Assembly (NCBI RefSeq): GCF_000281045.1
Contig: NW_008246099.1
Span: forward strand, 498,514-562,513
Length of the DNA stretch: 64,000 nt
DNA from: Saprolegnia diclina VS20
Taxonomy: Eukaryota
Reading direction: 5' to 3'
Shown: one piece after another, positions 36,427-48,830 of the stretch
Layout: each line of letters starts with the position of its first letter
How positions within the stretch are numbered: the first letter of the stretch is position 1
Made by a program: the position numbers and the translations under genes
The notes under the pieces: model-generated
Seen by the model: only the letters and a program-made list of their open reading frames with translations
Told to the model about the DNA's origin: nothing
The model's database searches: none

Positions 36427-39400
36427 ATGGCGGACTTCGAGGCGCAGCTCGAGGCCGAGCGCTGCGCTGTCATGAGGGCCAAGGAAGAGAACCAAGTGCT
36501 CATGGGAAAGCTGCACGAGATCGTTTCACGCTACAAGCAGCTTCAGAAGAGCCAGGGCGACGGTGTGCTGCGGACGCGTTTGGAAACGCTGGAAAAGGAG
36601 AAGGACGACTTGATCGGGAAGCTCAAGACGCTCGTCGCCAAGTACCGCGAACTCCAGAAGCAACAGTCCGACAATGGCGATGCATCGGCCCTCGCAGACC
36701 GCGTCCAAGCCCTCGAGCTCGAACTCGCGCACGAGAAGATGCGCAACGACGGAACCGACACGAGCCCACTCTACGACGAAGTCAAGAAGAAGGAAGCTGA
36801 GAAGGTGGAGGTCGTCACGAAGCTCCAAGAGGTGGTCCAGCGCTACCGTAAGCTTCAGCAGTTTGTTCAGGAGACGCAAGCAACGGCCGACGCCTCGGCC
36901 GCCCGCGTTACAGAACTTGAAGAAGCGCTGGCCGCCAAGGACGAGGTGCATCGCGTGGCCTTACGCGACCTCGAAATGTCCGTGACGAACCAGCTCATGG
37001 ACGCTGTCAAGAGCAAGATGGACACGATCAACCTTCTCCAAGACGAGCTCGAGCAAGCGCATGCGAACGAGCGCTCCATGCACGAGCGGCAGCAAGAGCT
37101 CGAGGCCGCCGTCGACAAGCTTAACGTCGAGAAGGCGTCGCTCAAGGACGAGGTTGCGTCGACGCTAGCAGACAAGGCTGCGCGCGTTACAGAACTCGAG
37201 GCAGACTTTGCCGCGTTGCAGGCGGCCCATGACGCGTCCGTCCAGCAACATGAAGCCGACGCGGCGTTGGTCCAGCGCGATGCTAGTGTGCGCGACGAGC
37301 TGGCGACAGCTCTCGAGGACAAGCTGCAGCAGCTTGTGACGCTCCAATCTGCCTTGGACGACACAGTGGCGGCGAATGCAGCGTCCGATGACGAGCTGAC
37401 TTCGTTGCGCGACACAAACGCTGCGCTGGAACGCCGGGCCGAGTCTGCAGAGGCGCGCATTGCGGCATTGGAAGCCGAGTGTGCGACGCTTCTGGGCGCC
37501 AAGAATTCGGCTGAGACGGCGCTCTCCGAGGGCCAGAAGTCGTGGGTAGAGGCCAAGGCGGCCCTGGACGCGACAGTCACGTCGCTTGAGGCCCGCATCC
37601 CCGATGCATCGTCGCAGCTCAGTGACAACTTAGCCCAAATAGAGGTACGCTGGGCGATCCTCGCGCGCGACGTGACCCTTTCGTAGAAGGACTTGGCCGC
37701 GTCGCTCCAGCAGCTCGAAGCAGACCACGATGCACTCCAGCAAGAGAAACGCGCCCTCGAGGGAACACTGCAAGTGCGGCAGATGACGTTTGAGGCACTT
37801 CAGATGCAGCTCCAGGACATTGAAGCGACGAGGGCCACGCACGAGGCGTCGCAGTCGCAGCTCCACACCGAGTTCCGGTCGCTCCAGGCGTCGCACGAGG
37901 ACCTTCTCGACGAGTCGTCCGCGCTCCGGGACGCCAAGACGACGCTGGAAGCGGACCTCATGGCGGCAACACAGCTCGTCGCGTCACTTCAGAGCCAGCT
38001 GGCGGACCGAGACGCAGCCCTCGACGACCTCCGCGCGCGCCAAGAGGACCTTCTCGCCGAGCAGGCACGCATCGAAGCCGACAAGGCATTGCTCGAGGCA
38101 GCGCTCCGGACGCACGCCGACCGTGTCTCATCGCTCGAAGCCCAGCTCGCATCGGCCATGTCGGACGGTGTGGCGTCCTACGAGGCGCTCAAAGCTGCCC
38201 ACGACCAAGTGCTTGCTGAGAAGAATGAGCTCGAAGACAAATTGACCTCGGCCGAGGACGTGGCCGTCGCACTTGCTGAGAGATCGGAGGCCTTGGTGCA
38301 GGCGACGAATGAGCTCAAAGCCGTCAACGCGCGGATCTTGGCTCTCGAAGCGCAAGTTGGCGAGTACGACACCGCGCGTGCGACGCTCCAAGCCAGCTGC
38401 AATGCGCTCCTGGAGGAGAAGGCGGCGCTGACGGCGTCGCTGGCAAACACGACAGCCATGTACGACGATCGCCTCGCGTCGCTCCAAGCCGAGCTCGCGG
38501 CCGCGCTGAGTACCCACTCAGAGCTGGACGCAACGCACGCCAAGACGGCAGCGCTCCAGATGCACCTCGAGGCCGAGTGCAGCCGGCTCCACGAGGCGTA
38601 TGTTACGCTCGAGAAAGACACGCATCGTGATGCCAAATCTTTCCAAGTGTCGTTGGAAGCAAAGGCAACAGAGATCGCGGGGCTGCAAATGCAACTGCAA
38701 GACGCTCTGCGCACAGCTTCCGCGCACGAAAGCCTCGAAGCGGCGCTAACGACTCTTCGTGCGGCCCACGCGGACGTCGAGCGAGATCTCGCGGCCAAAA
38801 TGACGCTTGTCGAGGACCTCGAGGCCAAGGTCGCGGACTTGGACGCGATCAACGCGTCGCTCGAAGTGGCGCAAACCGAGATGGCAGCGACGTTGGCGCA
38901 GCTCAAGCAGGAAAAGAGTGCCCTAGAAGCAGAGGTCAGCGCCAAGCAGAGCGCGATCGGTCGCCTTGAAACCAAGGCAGCGCACTTGGACGAGGAGCTC
39001 ACGACGGCACACGAAACGGCGCGCGCGGAACGCAAGGACGCGGCGGTCGCGCTTGCCAAGCTTGAGGCCGACTACGAGCACGCGCTGCAGGCCAAGGCCG
39101 ACGACGACGATGGCGCCAAGAACGAACTTGCTGCCCTTCTCCGGGAGAAAGCCGCGCATATCGCGGCGCTGGAAAGCAATCTCGAGGGCGCACGCACCGA
39201 GGTCGAAGACGCCAAGCACGACAACGATACCCTTCGCGACGAGTGCACCGCGTTGCGCGACGCTTCCCACGCCGCCGAGGCGGCCCACAATGAGAAAATT
39301 CAAGTGCTCGAGGCCGACGTGGCGACGATGACGCAAAAGTGTTCGTCCTTTGTGGGCGATCTCGTCGACGCCAAGAAGCAGCTGCGCACGGCACGCCAGA

Positions 39401-42400
39401 CGGCGGACGCTGCCGACACGGAGCATGCCAAGGCCGTACGCGTGCTGGAAGCCGAGGTCGCGTCGCTCCAGGCAAGTCTCGCGACGTCGCGTTCGGAACT
39501 CGACACGGCTCTTGCAGCCGCTGCCGTCAACGCAGTCACCGCCCGCAACGAGCTCGAAGCTCGGCAAATCGCCCTCGAGGCCGAAGTCAGCGCTAAGACC
39601 GAAGCGTGCGCGACGCTAGAAGATGCGCTCCATGTCGCACAAGATGACGCTCTCGTCGCCGCCCTTGAGGCCGATGTGGCCGCCAAGACCGGCGCCTGTT
39701 TGGCACTGGAAGGTACACTCGCCAAGACAAACGCAGAGCTACAAGATGCGCTGGCGGAGCTCGCGTCGAGCCGCATGTCGTTCGAGGCGACGACCGCAGA
39801 GCTCGATGCGATGACGGCCTCCTGCGCGGCTCTCCGAGACGGAGTGCAGCAGGCACAAGACCTCGTGGCGAAAAAAACGGCGTCGCTTGAGGCCGTACAG
39901 GAAAAGCTGGCATCCGCACTCTCGACGAACAACGATCTGACGAAGCAGCTGGCTGCGACGACCGACCAAGTCGACACTCTGCAGCAGAAGGTCGAAGACG
40001 CAAAGGCAGAAGTGGCGACGCGCCAAGGCGACGCGCTCGAGCGCGCCCAAGCCGCCGAGGCTTCCCTGGAAGTTGCCACCGCTCGACACGAAGAAGCGCT
40101 CGCAGCTCAGTGCTACGCGACCGAAGCCGTCAAGGAGGAGCTTACGCACAAGATTGGCATGCTGAAAGCCCAAGTGGTGCAAGCCAAGGCCGACCTTGAC
40201 GCTGCCAACGCCGAACTCGAGGCAGCGCACAGCGCACTTGATGAAACAACGGCTGCACTCACGACTGCCAAGACAACGAGCGAGACTTTCGCTGCATCGC
40301 TCGACGAGACGCAGCACTCTCTTCAAGCAGCAACGAGCGAATGCTCGGACCTGTCGACTCAACTCGCGCGCGCGAACGATGAGCTTGCCCAAGTGACTGC
40401 ATCGGCGCGCGAGGCCGAGGCAAAGCTCCTTGCGCTCCATGAAGCGCACGATCTCAAGTTCAGTGACCACGCGGTCAGCACGAACGAGCTGCGCGACGCT
40501 GTAAGTGCACTGGAAAGCGAGAAGGCGGTCCTAGCCGCCTCGATTCAAGATCTCGAAGGGCGCGTTGACAAAGCGAACGCCGGGCTGCAGGCAGCGATGG
40601 CCGCCAAGGAAGCGTTGCAGTCGGAGCTCGAGACCGCCACGCAGGACGCGGAGCGTATGGAGACTGCGTGCGCAGCGCTGGAAGCCGACATGGCGACGAC
40701 GCAAAGCACCAACGAGTCGCTCGAGTGGCAAAAGTCCGACCTCGAAGACGCGCTGCGGACGCTCCAGAAGGCACACGAAGCCCTAGAGAGCGAAAAGACA
40801 GCGCTCGTGCAGCAACTGTCAACGGTCGAAGGCCACGCATCGGACCTTGCGACCGCGTCGGACGCCCTCGCGACGCTGCAAGCTTCCTTTGATGCGCTCT
40901 CGGCGGACCATACGGCGCTTCAGGACACTCTATCGTTGACCAACACGACAGTCGCAGCGTTAACGGACGGCATTGCGCTGCGCGAGCGTTCGGCGGCAGA
41001 AGCCAGCGCGGCATGGACGGCCGAGAAGGAAGCGCTCAATGCCCGTATCGAGACGCTCGAGGTAAACGTACACGACAAGGAGGCGGCCTTGCGCACCCTC
41101 GAAGACGCAGTCGCGGCGTCCAAGGCGCAGTGCGAGGCTGCTGTTGCGCAAGCCGAGAGCAAGGCCGAGGGCATGGAGCGGGCGCTGGCCGCAGCCGAAG
41201 ACGCCAAGGACACACTCGCGCAATCTCTGAAAGAAAAGCTCGAGGAGGTTCTGCGACGGTACAAGAAGCTCCAAGAGCAAGCCCTGGACCTCAAGGGTCG
41301 CTACGACGACAAGGTTGTCGAGGCCACGACAGCGTCAGACGCGCTCGCAAGCCTTACGACCGAGCGCGACGCGATCACCAACCGTCACGCTCTGCTGGCC
41401 GACCAACACGAGGCGCTGCTCCAACAAGAGCGTGTGCAGGCAGCGCAAGTGGAGGCGCTAGTCGAGAAAGAGCAAGCGCAGTCGGCGGAGATCGAGAAGC
41501 TTCGTGCGCAGATTGCAGCGCTCGAAGCTGCGTCCTCCAACATGGCCGCTGCCCACGAGCGCAGCCTCGCGATTGCGTCCGAGGCATCGACAGGGGCGAC
41601 GGAGGAGCTGACGCGTCTCGAAGCGCTGGTGGCCGAGAAGACGCGTGCTTTGAACGAGCTATCGTCGCAGATGGTCGTCCTGCGTGTACGTTGCGAAGAG
41701 CTGGAAACGACGGCCAACAGCGACGCGACGGAACGGGCGGCGCTGACGGTGCGCGTGACGTCTCTCGAGAGCGCCGCTTTGATGTCCGAGGCTGCGCTGG
41801 CGTCGTCGGAAGCTCGCGCCAAGCAAGTGCAGGCCCAGCTTGACGTCGAGATCGAGGCGGCAAGCGAAGCTCGGGAGGCGCTCGAAGGCTACAAGCGGCG
41901 CGCCCACGTCGCGCTCAAGAAGGCGACCGTCGACAGCAAAACGTTCAACGACGAGCGCCAGTCGCTCCAAGACGAAATCACGGCGCTGCACGCGACGATC
42001 ACGGACCTTCGTGCGTTGAACGCCAACGAAAGAGACGACTTTGGCCGGCAGCTCGCGGCTGCGGACGCCTCGCGCAGTGAGCTCCTTCAGCAAATGGAGG
42101 CGAGTACACGCGACCTCCGTGACCAGATTGCGGCGCTGAGTGCCCAAGCCGACGCCCGCGCGTCGAATCACGAGTCGCAACAGGCGCAGTGGCAAGCCGC
42201 TTTGGACGAGCAGGAAGCCAAGACGCGGGTCGTGCGCGACGCAAACGCGATGTTAGAGTCGTCGATCGAGGGTCTCAAGAAGGAGATTCAGGCCAAGACG
42301 GACGTGGCCCGAGAGATGCTCAAGGTCAAAGACACGGAGATCCACCAGCTCATGCAGAGCTTGTCCGAGGCACCGCCGCCGGCCGTCCCGTCGGTCGACG

Positions 42401-42933
42401 CCGAGATCCTCAACCTCGCTCGGGTGCGCTGTCTCTCTATTCTGCGACATCCTCCCACAACGTCACTGCATTAGATCCAGGCCTCGCACGAAGAGGAAGC
42501 GGCTCGCATGCGTCGTCAGATCGTCGAACTCGAAGATCGCGCCGGTCGCGTCCAAAAGAAGGTCCGCGCCGAGCCACCGCAAGCATTGCGCTTACAAAGT
42601 CCCTCTATTAGTATGAAGACACGCGCCGCCAGTTGGAGTCGAGCCAGCTCCAGCTTGCGCGCCACGAAGAACTCGGGGGCGGCCAAAGCCCGACGACCAA
42701 CGTCGAAGTAGGAACTTTGTGTTGCGTGTTTGGCTCACGTCGTGATGTAGTACCTCAAGAACGTCCTCCTCAAGTACTTTGTCGCGGAGAGCGCCAAGGA
42801 GAAGGAGCAGCTCATTCCTGTGCTCTCGACCATTCTGCACTTTAGCCCTGCCGAGCTGCGGCAGATCCAAGACAAGCACGAAGCGCCGACCGTCCTCGGC
42901 AGCGTCTTTTCGTACTTTGGCAGCACGAGCTAA
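36427..42933 (+). CDS. GRIP-domain golgin (~2100 aa coiled coil), 4 short introns
   Basis: Long heptad-rich A/E/L ORFs 36427-37645 and 37687-42423; last exon YLKNVLLKYF..EKEQLIPVLSTILHFSPAEL (GRIP consensus); start could be the ATG at 36388. Confidence 0.85.
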
Positions 42934-43817
42934 GAGTTGTTAACTAGTTAGTAGAGATGATGCATCAACCGATCATGGATCATGGAAACCGGCGCCTCCA
43001 TCATCGCAACCCGAGCTTGCTCGATGATTACCTCATACGGTCCTTGCGTCATAGAGCGCGTCCCACTCCATCTTTTCGTTCGTCGACCGGCGACGACGCC
43101 GAAGGGCCATCGTCGTCATCGCCTTGGTGGGATTATATTAGTAAAAGGACTAGAGGAGTTAGAGCTCCTATTGTTCGATGTCGAGTTGTCTGCCGTTGGC
43201 GACGACGGACCCTGGCGCAGCAGCGGGGCGCGGCGACGAAACGCTGACGCGACTCTCCATCACGACACTCACTCTCTTTGCAACCAATTGCACTAGTCAA
43301 GTACATTGCCACCCCACGGCATTGGCGCTCGAACGCAATCCTCGATTGCGTCTTGCCCCGCTCAGGAATCACCACCAGGATGATTGCTTCGGTGCAATCG
43401 TACCGAGGCAGATCGAAACGAAGCTTAGGACGACGAGTTATCGTCGGTGGCTAACGTCACAACAACGTTCTCAAAGCTTGTCCGCGCTCCAGACGACGGT
43501 GAAGTTGGGGAAAGAGGCATCGAAAGCACGTCCTTAACCAGGGGTAGCACCATCGTTGCCACTTCTTGTTTCCGCGCAATTGCACTACTGTGCCAGTACC
43601 CGGTGCCTTGATCAAGGGAATAAAATTGGTAATTCCCTTGCGCATGCAGGCCAGGCCAAATAAATCGCAAAAAATTCCGAATAAAAACGAAAAATAGCCT
43701 GTTTGTTTTTCTGCGCCACGGCATGACTGTACTTGTCTGTGGCAATTGCTGTGAGTAATAGGCGCTCTCGTTGGTTTACATAAGTTGACGCATTCCGCAG
43801 TCCGCTTCAAGCCGCCG

Positions 43818-46800
43818 ATGACCGAGGAGTCGACGTCGCCCAAGCCGACGAGCTCGGCTGTGTATGGCACGCTGCAGTCGCCCGGCGCCGTGGGCATCGA
43901 CATCCACCAAGACGAGCGCCACGTCGAGTTCCACCTGCGCTCGATGGACCGCGGCGAAGACATTGCGCTGCGCTTCCGCGGCGACCGGTACGATGGCTGG
44001 CTGCATGCGTGCGCTCACGCCTGCTCTGTAGCATCCGCGTCGACGAGACCATCTCAGGGCCGCCGCCGAAAGACGTCTACGAGATCCGCATCTGGCGACT
44101 CATCGAAGGCGTCTTCTGCTTCCTCAAGGACGTCTCGCTCTACCAAGTGCGTCGGTACATCAAGTTTATTATCATCTGGCAGTCCATCTTCTGCACTGTA
44201 CGCTTCATCCCGATCCTGCTCGGGTACTCGTACCTCTCGACGATCCCCGTCTTCCTCCTCGTACGTCGCGGCTGTTTTCTTCATACCTCGTGACGACACC
44301 TGCGTAGTACATAACGCTTGTCTTTGGATGGCACGGCTCCAACCACTTGGTGGCCAAGTACCTCCTCTTCTACAAGATTGGCATGCAGCTCAGCCTCGGC
44401 GTCGACGTGCTCTGGTATGCCATGAGATGGAACGGGTCCTTTGCACCGAGGGACAAGAACTCGGCGGCCATTTCGGTCTCGCGCTCGACGGCGCTGTGGA
44501 TCCAGATCATCATCTCGGTCTCGCTCTTCATCTTCAACTTTTTCGGGCTCTTGTACGGCTGGAAGCTCCGGCGCATCGTCAAGTCGGTCCAGCACAAGCG
44601 CGAGTGCGAGCAAGCGGCGTTCGTTGCCGCCGAGCCGCCGCCCACGACGCGCCCGGCATCTCGCTCGATGCTGCCCACGTCCGCAGGTACACTCGTGTTG
44701 TCTCGCATTGCATAAACTCATTATCACGGCCAGGTGACGTGGTGCTGGACGAGAAGCGCAAGGTGACGGCAGGCGACGCCAAGGGCTTTACGTGCCCCAA
44801 CTCGATCCACACGAGCAAGTACACGCTCTGGAACTTTGCCTTCGTCTTCTTCCACATGCAGTTCAGCCGCCTCGCCAACGTCTACACCTGCATCGTCGTC
44901 GCCCTCTGCTTCTTCAGCTTCTCTCCTGTCGACCCAGCGTCAAGCTTGCTTCCGCTGCTCATCGTCTTTGCGACCGCAGCGATCAAGGACGTGTCCGAAG
45001 ACCTCCGGCGGCAAAAGGCCGACCGCGACGTCAACTCCAAGCCGACGCACGTCTTGCGCAGCAACGGCCAGATCGAGCTGCTCCAGTGGCAGCAAGTCCA
45101 GGTCGGCGACCTCCTCGTGCTGTACGAGGGCGACGACATCCCGTCCGACTGCCTCTTGCTCGCGACGGGGTCGGACAACGGCCTCTGTTATGTGCAGACG
45201 GCCAACTTGGACGGCGAGACGAACCTCAAGATCCGCCAGACCGTGTCGCAGGACCTCGACCTCGAGTCGATCCCAGGGATGCCCATCACTGTAAGCTGCG
45301 ACCTTCCGAGCAAAAATATGTTCGAGTGGTCGGCGTACGTGACGCTCGGCGACGTGAACCTCCCGGCGTCCATGGACAACCTCCTCTTGCGCGGCAGCGA
45401 GATGTGCACGGCCGGATGGACCGTCGGCCTCGTCGTCTACACGGGCGCCGAGACCAAGATCGCGCTCAACGCAGCGAATCCGGACGCCAAGATCAAGCGC
45501 ACGCTCGTCGAGAAGACGCTCGACTCGATGTTCATCGTGATCCTCGTGCTGCTCTTTTCGATCTCGATTGCGTGCACGCTCGGCAACAACAACTGGAGCT
45601 TCGAGGTCGATTCAAAGAAGAGCAAGGCCAACAACGTGGCGGCCGTCGTCGCGCCCTACTATCTCGGACCTGCGACCAACGACTACATCTTCCTCAGCTA
45701 CATCATTCTCTTCAACAACCTCATCTCGCTCTCCATGTACGTGACCATGGAAGGCGTCCGCTTCGTGCACGCGCGCTACATCGAGAACGACTTGACCATG
45801 TACGACGCGCCGACCGACACGCCGGCGCAAGTGCGCAACAGCAACATCAACGAAGACCTCGGGCAGGTCAAGTACATCTTCTCCGACAAGACGGGTACGC
45901 TTACGCGCAACGAAATGGTGTTTGCCAAGTGCTCGATCGCTGGCCTCAAGTACAACGACGCGCCCGAGGACGAGACGATTGCCAAGCCGCCGCGGCCCGG
46001 CACCCGCTTCAACGACCCGCGGCTTCTCGCCCGCTACGATGCCAACCACGCGACAAAGGCCGACATTCACGAATTCCTGGTGCTGCTCATGCTCTGCAAC
46101 TCGGCGATCCCACAGGTGCAGGACGACGGCAGTCTTCTGTACCAGTCGTCGTCGCCAGACGAACAAGCGCTCTGTGCGGCGGCGCGCGACCTTGGCTTCT
46201 CGCTCGAGCGCCGGTCTGGCGCCACGTGCTACGTCAACATTCGCGGCTCCGAGACCTCGTACGAGATCCTTCACGTGCTCGAGTTTACTTCGGACCGGAA
46301 GCGCATGTCGGTGCTCTGCAAGAAGAAGGACGACGACACGATCTTCCTCTACTGCAAGGGCGCCGACGACGTGATTCTCGAGCGCCTCGCCGACGACCAT
46401 GCCCAAGGGGCCGTTGTTGTGACGCGGGGCCATCTCCAGGAGTACGCCGCGCAAGGTCTGCGGACGCTCACGACGGCGGTGCGCATTCTCGATCCCGAGA
46501 CGTACGCGGCGTGGCGCACGACGTACGAGGCGGCCGAGGCGGTGATGGACAAAGCGGCGCTGGACGCGGCCGCCGATGCGATCGAGCGTGAGCTGCGGCT
46601 GCTCGGCGCGACGGCCATCGAAGATTTGCTGCAGGAAGGCGCCGAAGACTGCATCTACGCGCTCCGGAAGGCCGGCATCAACTTTTGGGTACTCACTGGC
46701 GACAAGAAGGAGACGGCCATCAGTATCGGCATGTCGTCGCAAGTGATTGACGAGACCATGGACGTCATTGTTCTCGACAAGAAGGACAAGGCGTCCCTGA

Positions 46801-48401
46801 CGGCGACGCTCGAAGAACTCTACGTGCACTTGGTCGAGGACCAGCGCTGGGACACGAAGAAGGACGACTCGATGACGCACGTGCTTCTCCAGACGCTACG
46901 CCGCGTGACGTCGACGGCTTACAACAACCTCATGGCTGCCATCTCGGGCAAGTACGAGCAGCGCCGCACGATGAAGCGCCGGAAGACGCGCCTGCGCCTC
47001 TCGGCCGAGAACGGCACGGCGCTCAACTGGGAAGTGTACCCGCCGCGGCAGTCGCTGACCTCCAACCCCAACGCCAGTGAGATGCACGACGACGACGATG
47101 ATGACATTGACGACGATCCTTACCTTGAGGCTGTCGACCTCGAGTGCATGGATGGCGAGGAGGACGAAAACGTCGAGTACGCCATGGTGATTGACGGTCG
47201 CACGCTCACGATGGTGCTCGAGAACGACATCAAGTACCTCTTCTTGGCCGTCGCGCAGCAGTGCAAGTCGGTCATCTGCTGCCGGTGCTCCCCGGCGCAA
47301 AAGGCCGCGGTCGTTCGCCTTGTGACCGAGCCAACGCTGCTCTGGACGCCGGGCAACATCACACTTGCGATTGGCGACGGTGCCAACGACGTGCCGATGA
47401 TCCAAGCGGCGAGCGTCGGTGTTGGCATTGGCGGCAAAGAAGGGCGGCAAGCCGTCCTCTCGAGCGACTACTCGATCGCGCAGTTCCGGTTCCTCAAGCG
47501 GCTCCTCCTCGTGCACGGCAACTACAGCTACAAGCGCATCGCCAAGCTCATCTTGTTTTCGTTCATGAAGAACATTGCGCTGTCGCTGAGCAACTTTTTC
47601 TACGCGCCGGCGGCCAAGTACTCTGGCATCCTCACGTACCCGGGCATTTGCTTTACGATGTACAACGCGCTCTTCACGACGATCCCGATCGTGTTTATTG
47701 CCATGTACAACCAAGACGTGCCACCCACCGTGCTCATGCAGTACCCGACCTTGTACCGGAACGGCCTCGAGTCGCGCTCGTTCAACTGGACGAGCTTCTT
47801 TGGGTGGTGCTGCCTCGGGCTCTGGCACGCGTACCTCGTATACGTCACGCCTTTCTGCGCCGACGGCAACTCGAAAAACTACTTTGACGGCGAAGAGCCC
47901 GGCATCCTCCTCTACCACACGGAGCCGCTGGGCCTTGCAGCCGACGGCATTGCCGGTTACTCGTACCTCATCATGGCGTCCATGTTCCAAGTCGCTCTCC
48001 TCACAAGCAACTGGACCGTCGCCAACGCGGGCGCTGTCGTCGGCACGACGCTCTTTTACTTCCTTTTCATTTGGTTCTTCACGTCCATTTACGGCTGGAC
48101 CGAGTGGGACGTGCTCGAGAGCGACGAGTACTACTACGCGTTCTCGATGCTCGCGCAGCAGCCGTGGTACTGGCTCGGCATGCTCATGTGCTGCGTCGCA
48201 TCGGTTCTGCCCAATTACATCCTCAAGGCCGGCCGCGTTCTCTTCTACCCGGAGCCATCCCACCTCATGCGCGAGTGGAACAAGATCCCGATCGAGCTCC
48301 ACGCCCCGCCTCCGCCGACGTTCCGCAGTGTGCCGCCATCGCACCCACGCAACCAGTCGGGCTTTGCGTTCTCCCAGGCCGAGGCCCACACGGACAAGTA
48401 G
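43818..48401 (+). CDS. P4-type ATPase (phospholipid flippase, Drs2/ATP8A-like) with an extra hydrophobic N-terminal module; introns 43988-44031, 44261-44307, 44687-44733
   Basis: NSIHTSKY, ANLDGETNLK, FSDKTGTLT, FTSDRKRMS, LTGDKKETA, GDGANDV, C-terminal GFAFSQ. Confidence 0.92.
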   Translation: MTEESTSPKPTSSAVYGTLQSPGAVGIDIHQDERHVEFHLRSMDRGEDIALRFRGDRYDGWLHACAHACSVASASTRPSQGRRRKTSTRSASGDSSKASSASSRTSRSTKCVGTSSLLSSGSPSSALYASSRSCSGTRTSRRSPSSSSYVAAVFFIPRDDTCVVHNACLWMARLQPLGGQVPPLLQDWHAAQPRRRRALVCHEMERVLCTEGQELGGHFGLALDGAVDPDHHLGLALHLQLFRALVRLEAPAHRQVGPAQARVRASGVRCRRAAAHDAPGISLDAAHVRRYTRVVSHCINSLSRPGDVVLDEKRKVTAGDAKGFTCPNSIHTSKYTLWNFAFVFFHMQFSRLANVYTCIVVALCFFSFSPVDPASSLLPLLIVFATAAIKDVSEDLRRQKADRDVNSKPTHVLRSNGQIELLQWQQVQVGDLLVLYEGDDIPSDCLLLATGSDNGLCYVQTANLDGETNLKIRQTVSQDLDLESIPGMPITVSCDLPSKNMFEWSAYVTLGDVNLPASMDNLLLRGSEMCTAGWTVGLVVYTGAETKIALNAANPDAKIKRTLVEKTLDSMFIVILVLLFSISIACTLGNNNWSFEVDSKKSKANNVAAVVAPYYLGPATNDYIFLSYIILFNNLISLSMYVTMEGVRFVHARYIENDLTMYDAPTDTPAQVRNSNINEDLGQVKYIFSDKTGTLTRNEMVFAKCSIAGLKYNDAPEDETIAKPPRPGTRFNDPRLLARYDANHATKADIHEFLVLLMLCNSAIPQVQDDGSLLYQSSSPDEQALCAAARDLGFSLERRSGATCYVNIRGSETSYEILHVLEFTSDRKRMSVLCKKKDDDTIFLYCKGADDVILERLADDHAQGAVVVTRGHLQEYAAQGLRTLTTAVRILDPETYAAWRTTYEAAEAVMDKAALDAAADAIERELRLLGATAIEDLLQEGAEDCIYALRKAGINFWVLTGDKKETAISIGMSSQVIDETMDVIVLDKKDKASLTATLEELYVHLVEDQRWDTKKDDSMTHVLLQTLRRVTSTAYNNLMAAISGKYEQRRTMKRRKTRLRLSAENGTALNWEVYPPRQSLTSNPNASEMHDDDDDDIDDDPYLEAVDLECMDGEEDENVEYAMVIDGRTLTMVLENDIKYLFLAVAQQCKSVICCRCSPAQKAAVVRLVTEPTLLWTPGNITLAIGDGANDVPMIQAASVGVGIGGKEGRQAVLSSDYSIAQFRFLKRLLLVHGNYSYKRIAKLILFSFMKNIALSLSNFFYAPAAKYSGILTYPGICFTMYNALFTTIPIVFIAMYNQDVPPTVLMQYPTLYRNGLESRSFNWTSFFGWCCLGLWHAYLVYVTPFCADGNSKNYFDGEEPGILLYHTEPLGLAADGIAGYSYLIMASMFQVALLTSNWTVANAGAVVGTTLFYFLFIWFFTSIYGWTEWDVLESDEYYYAFSMLAQQPWYWLGMLMCCVASVLPNYILKAGRVLFYPEPSHLMREWNKIPIELHAPPPPTFRSVPPSHPRNQSGFAFSQAEAHTDK

Positions 48402-48830
48402 TTGACGAGGATGTATTCTATACAAATGCGTTAGGGCTAGGATATATACTATAAAACTACATCATACTTTTAACAGCGTCCAACTGCAGGGCACGAGTGT
48501 CGCTACTCGTGCTCGCTTCTGGCTCTCAAGGAAGCGTCCGAAGGCGCCTATGATCCTTGACAGCATGCCCAGTCCTGGCTTTGACCAAGTCGAAATATGG
48601 ATCGCTTCACCGGCATAAACCCACAGTCCGTCATCCGAGTCGTGTCCTTGTATCACACTTCCAGCACACCGTTCGTGCACCTTTTGTAGGAGCCTCCGAG
48701 TGTCGTCGTCAGGCGAGGCGAATCGCAACACGCGGTTGCGTTCTTCCGATCGATCGTGACAAGGTGGTCGTAAAGACAATATTACGCAGATTGAAGAAGC
48801 TTACAGACAAGAATATAGTACACGTGTAGA

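Noticed and set aside
42950..43540. Short ORFs between the golgin and the flippase (and at 53950-54500)
   Set aside because: Patchy coding-like composition but no consistent frame, splice model or domain; possibly relics.
43785..44733. Ser/Arg-rich N-terminus of the 1538-aa ORF taken as protein
   Set aside because: It reads through three canonical introns; the spliced frame is different and hydrophobic.
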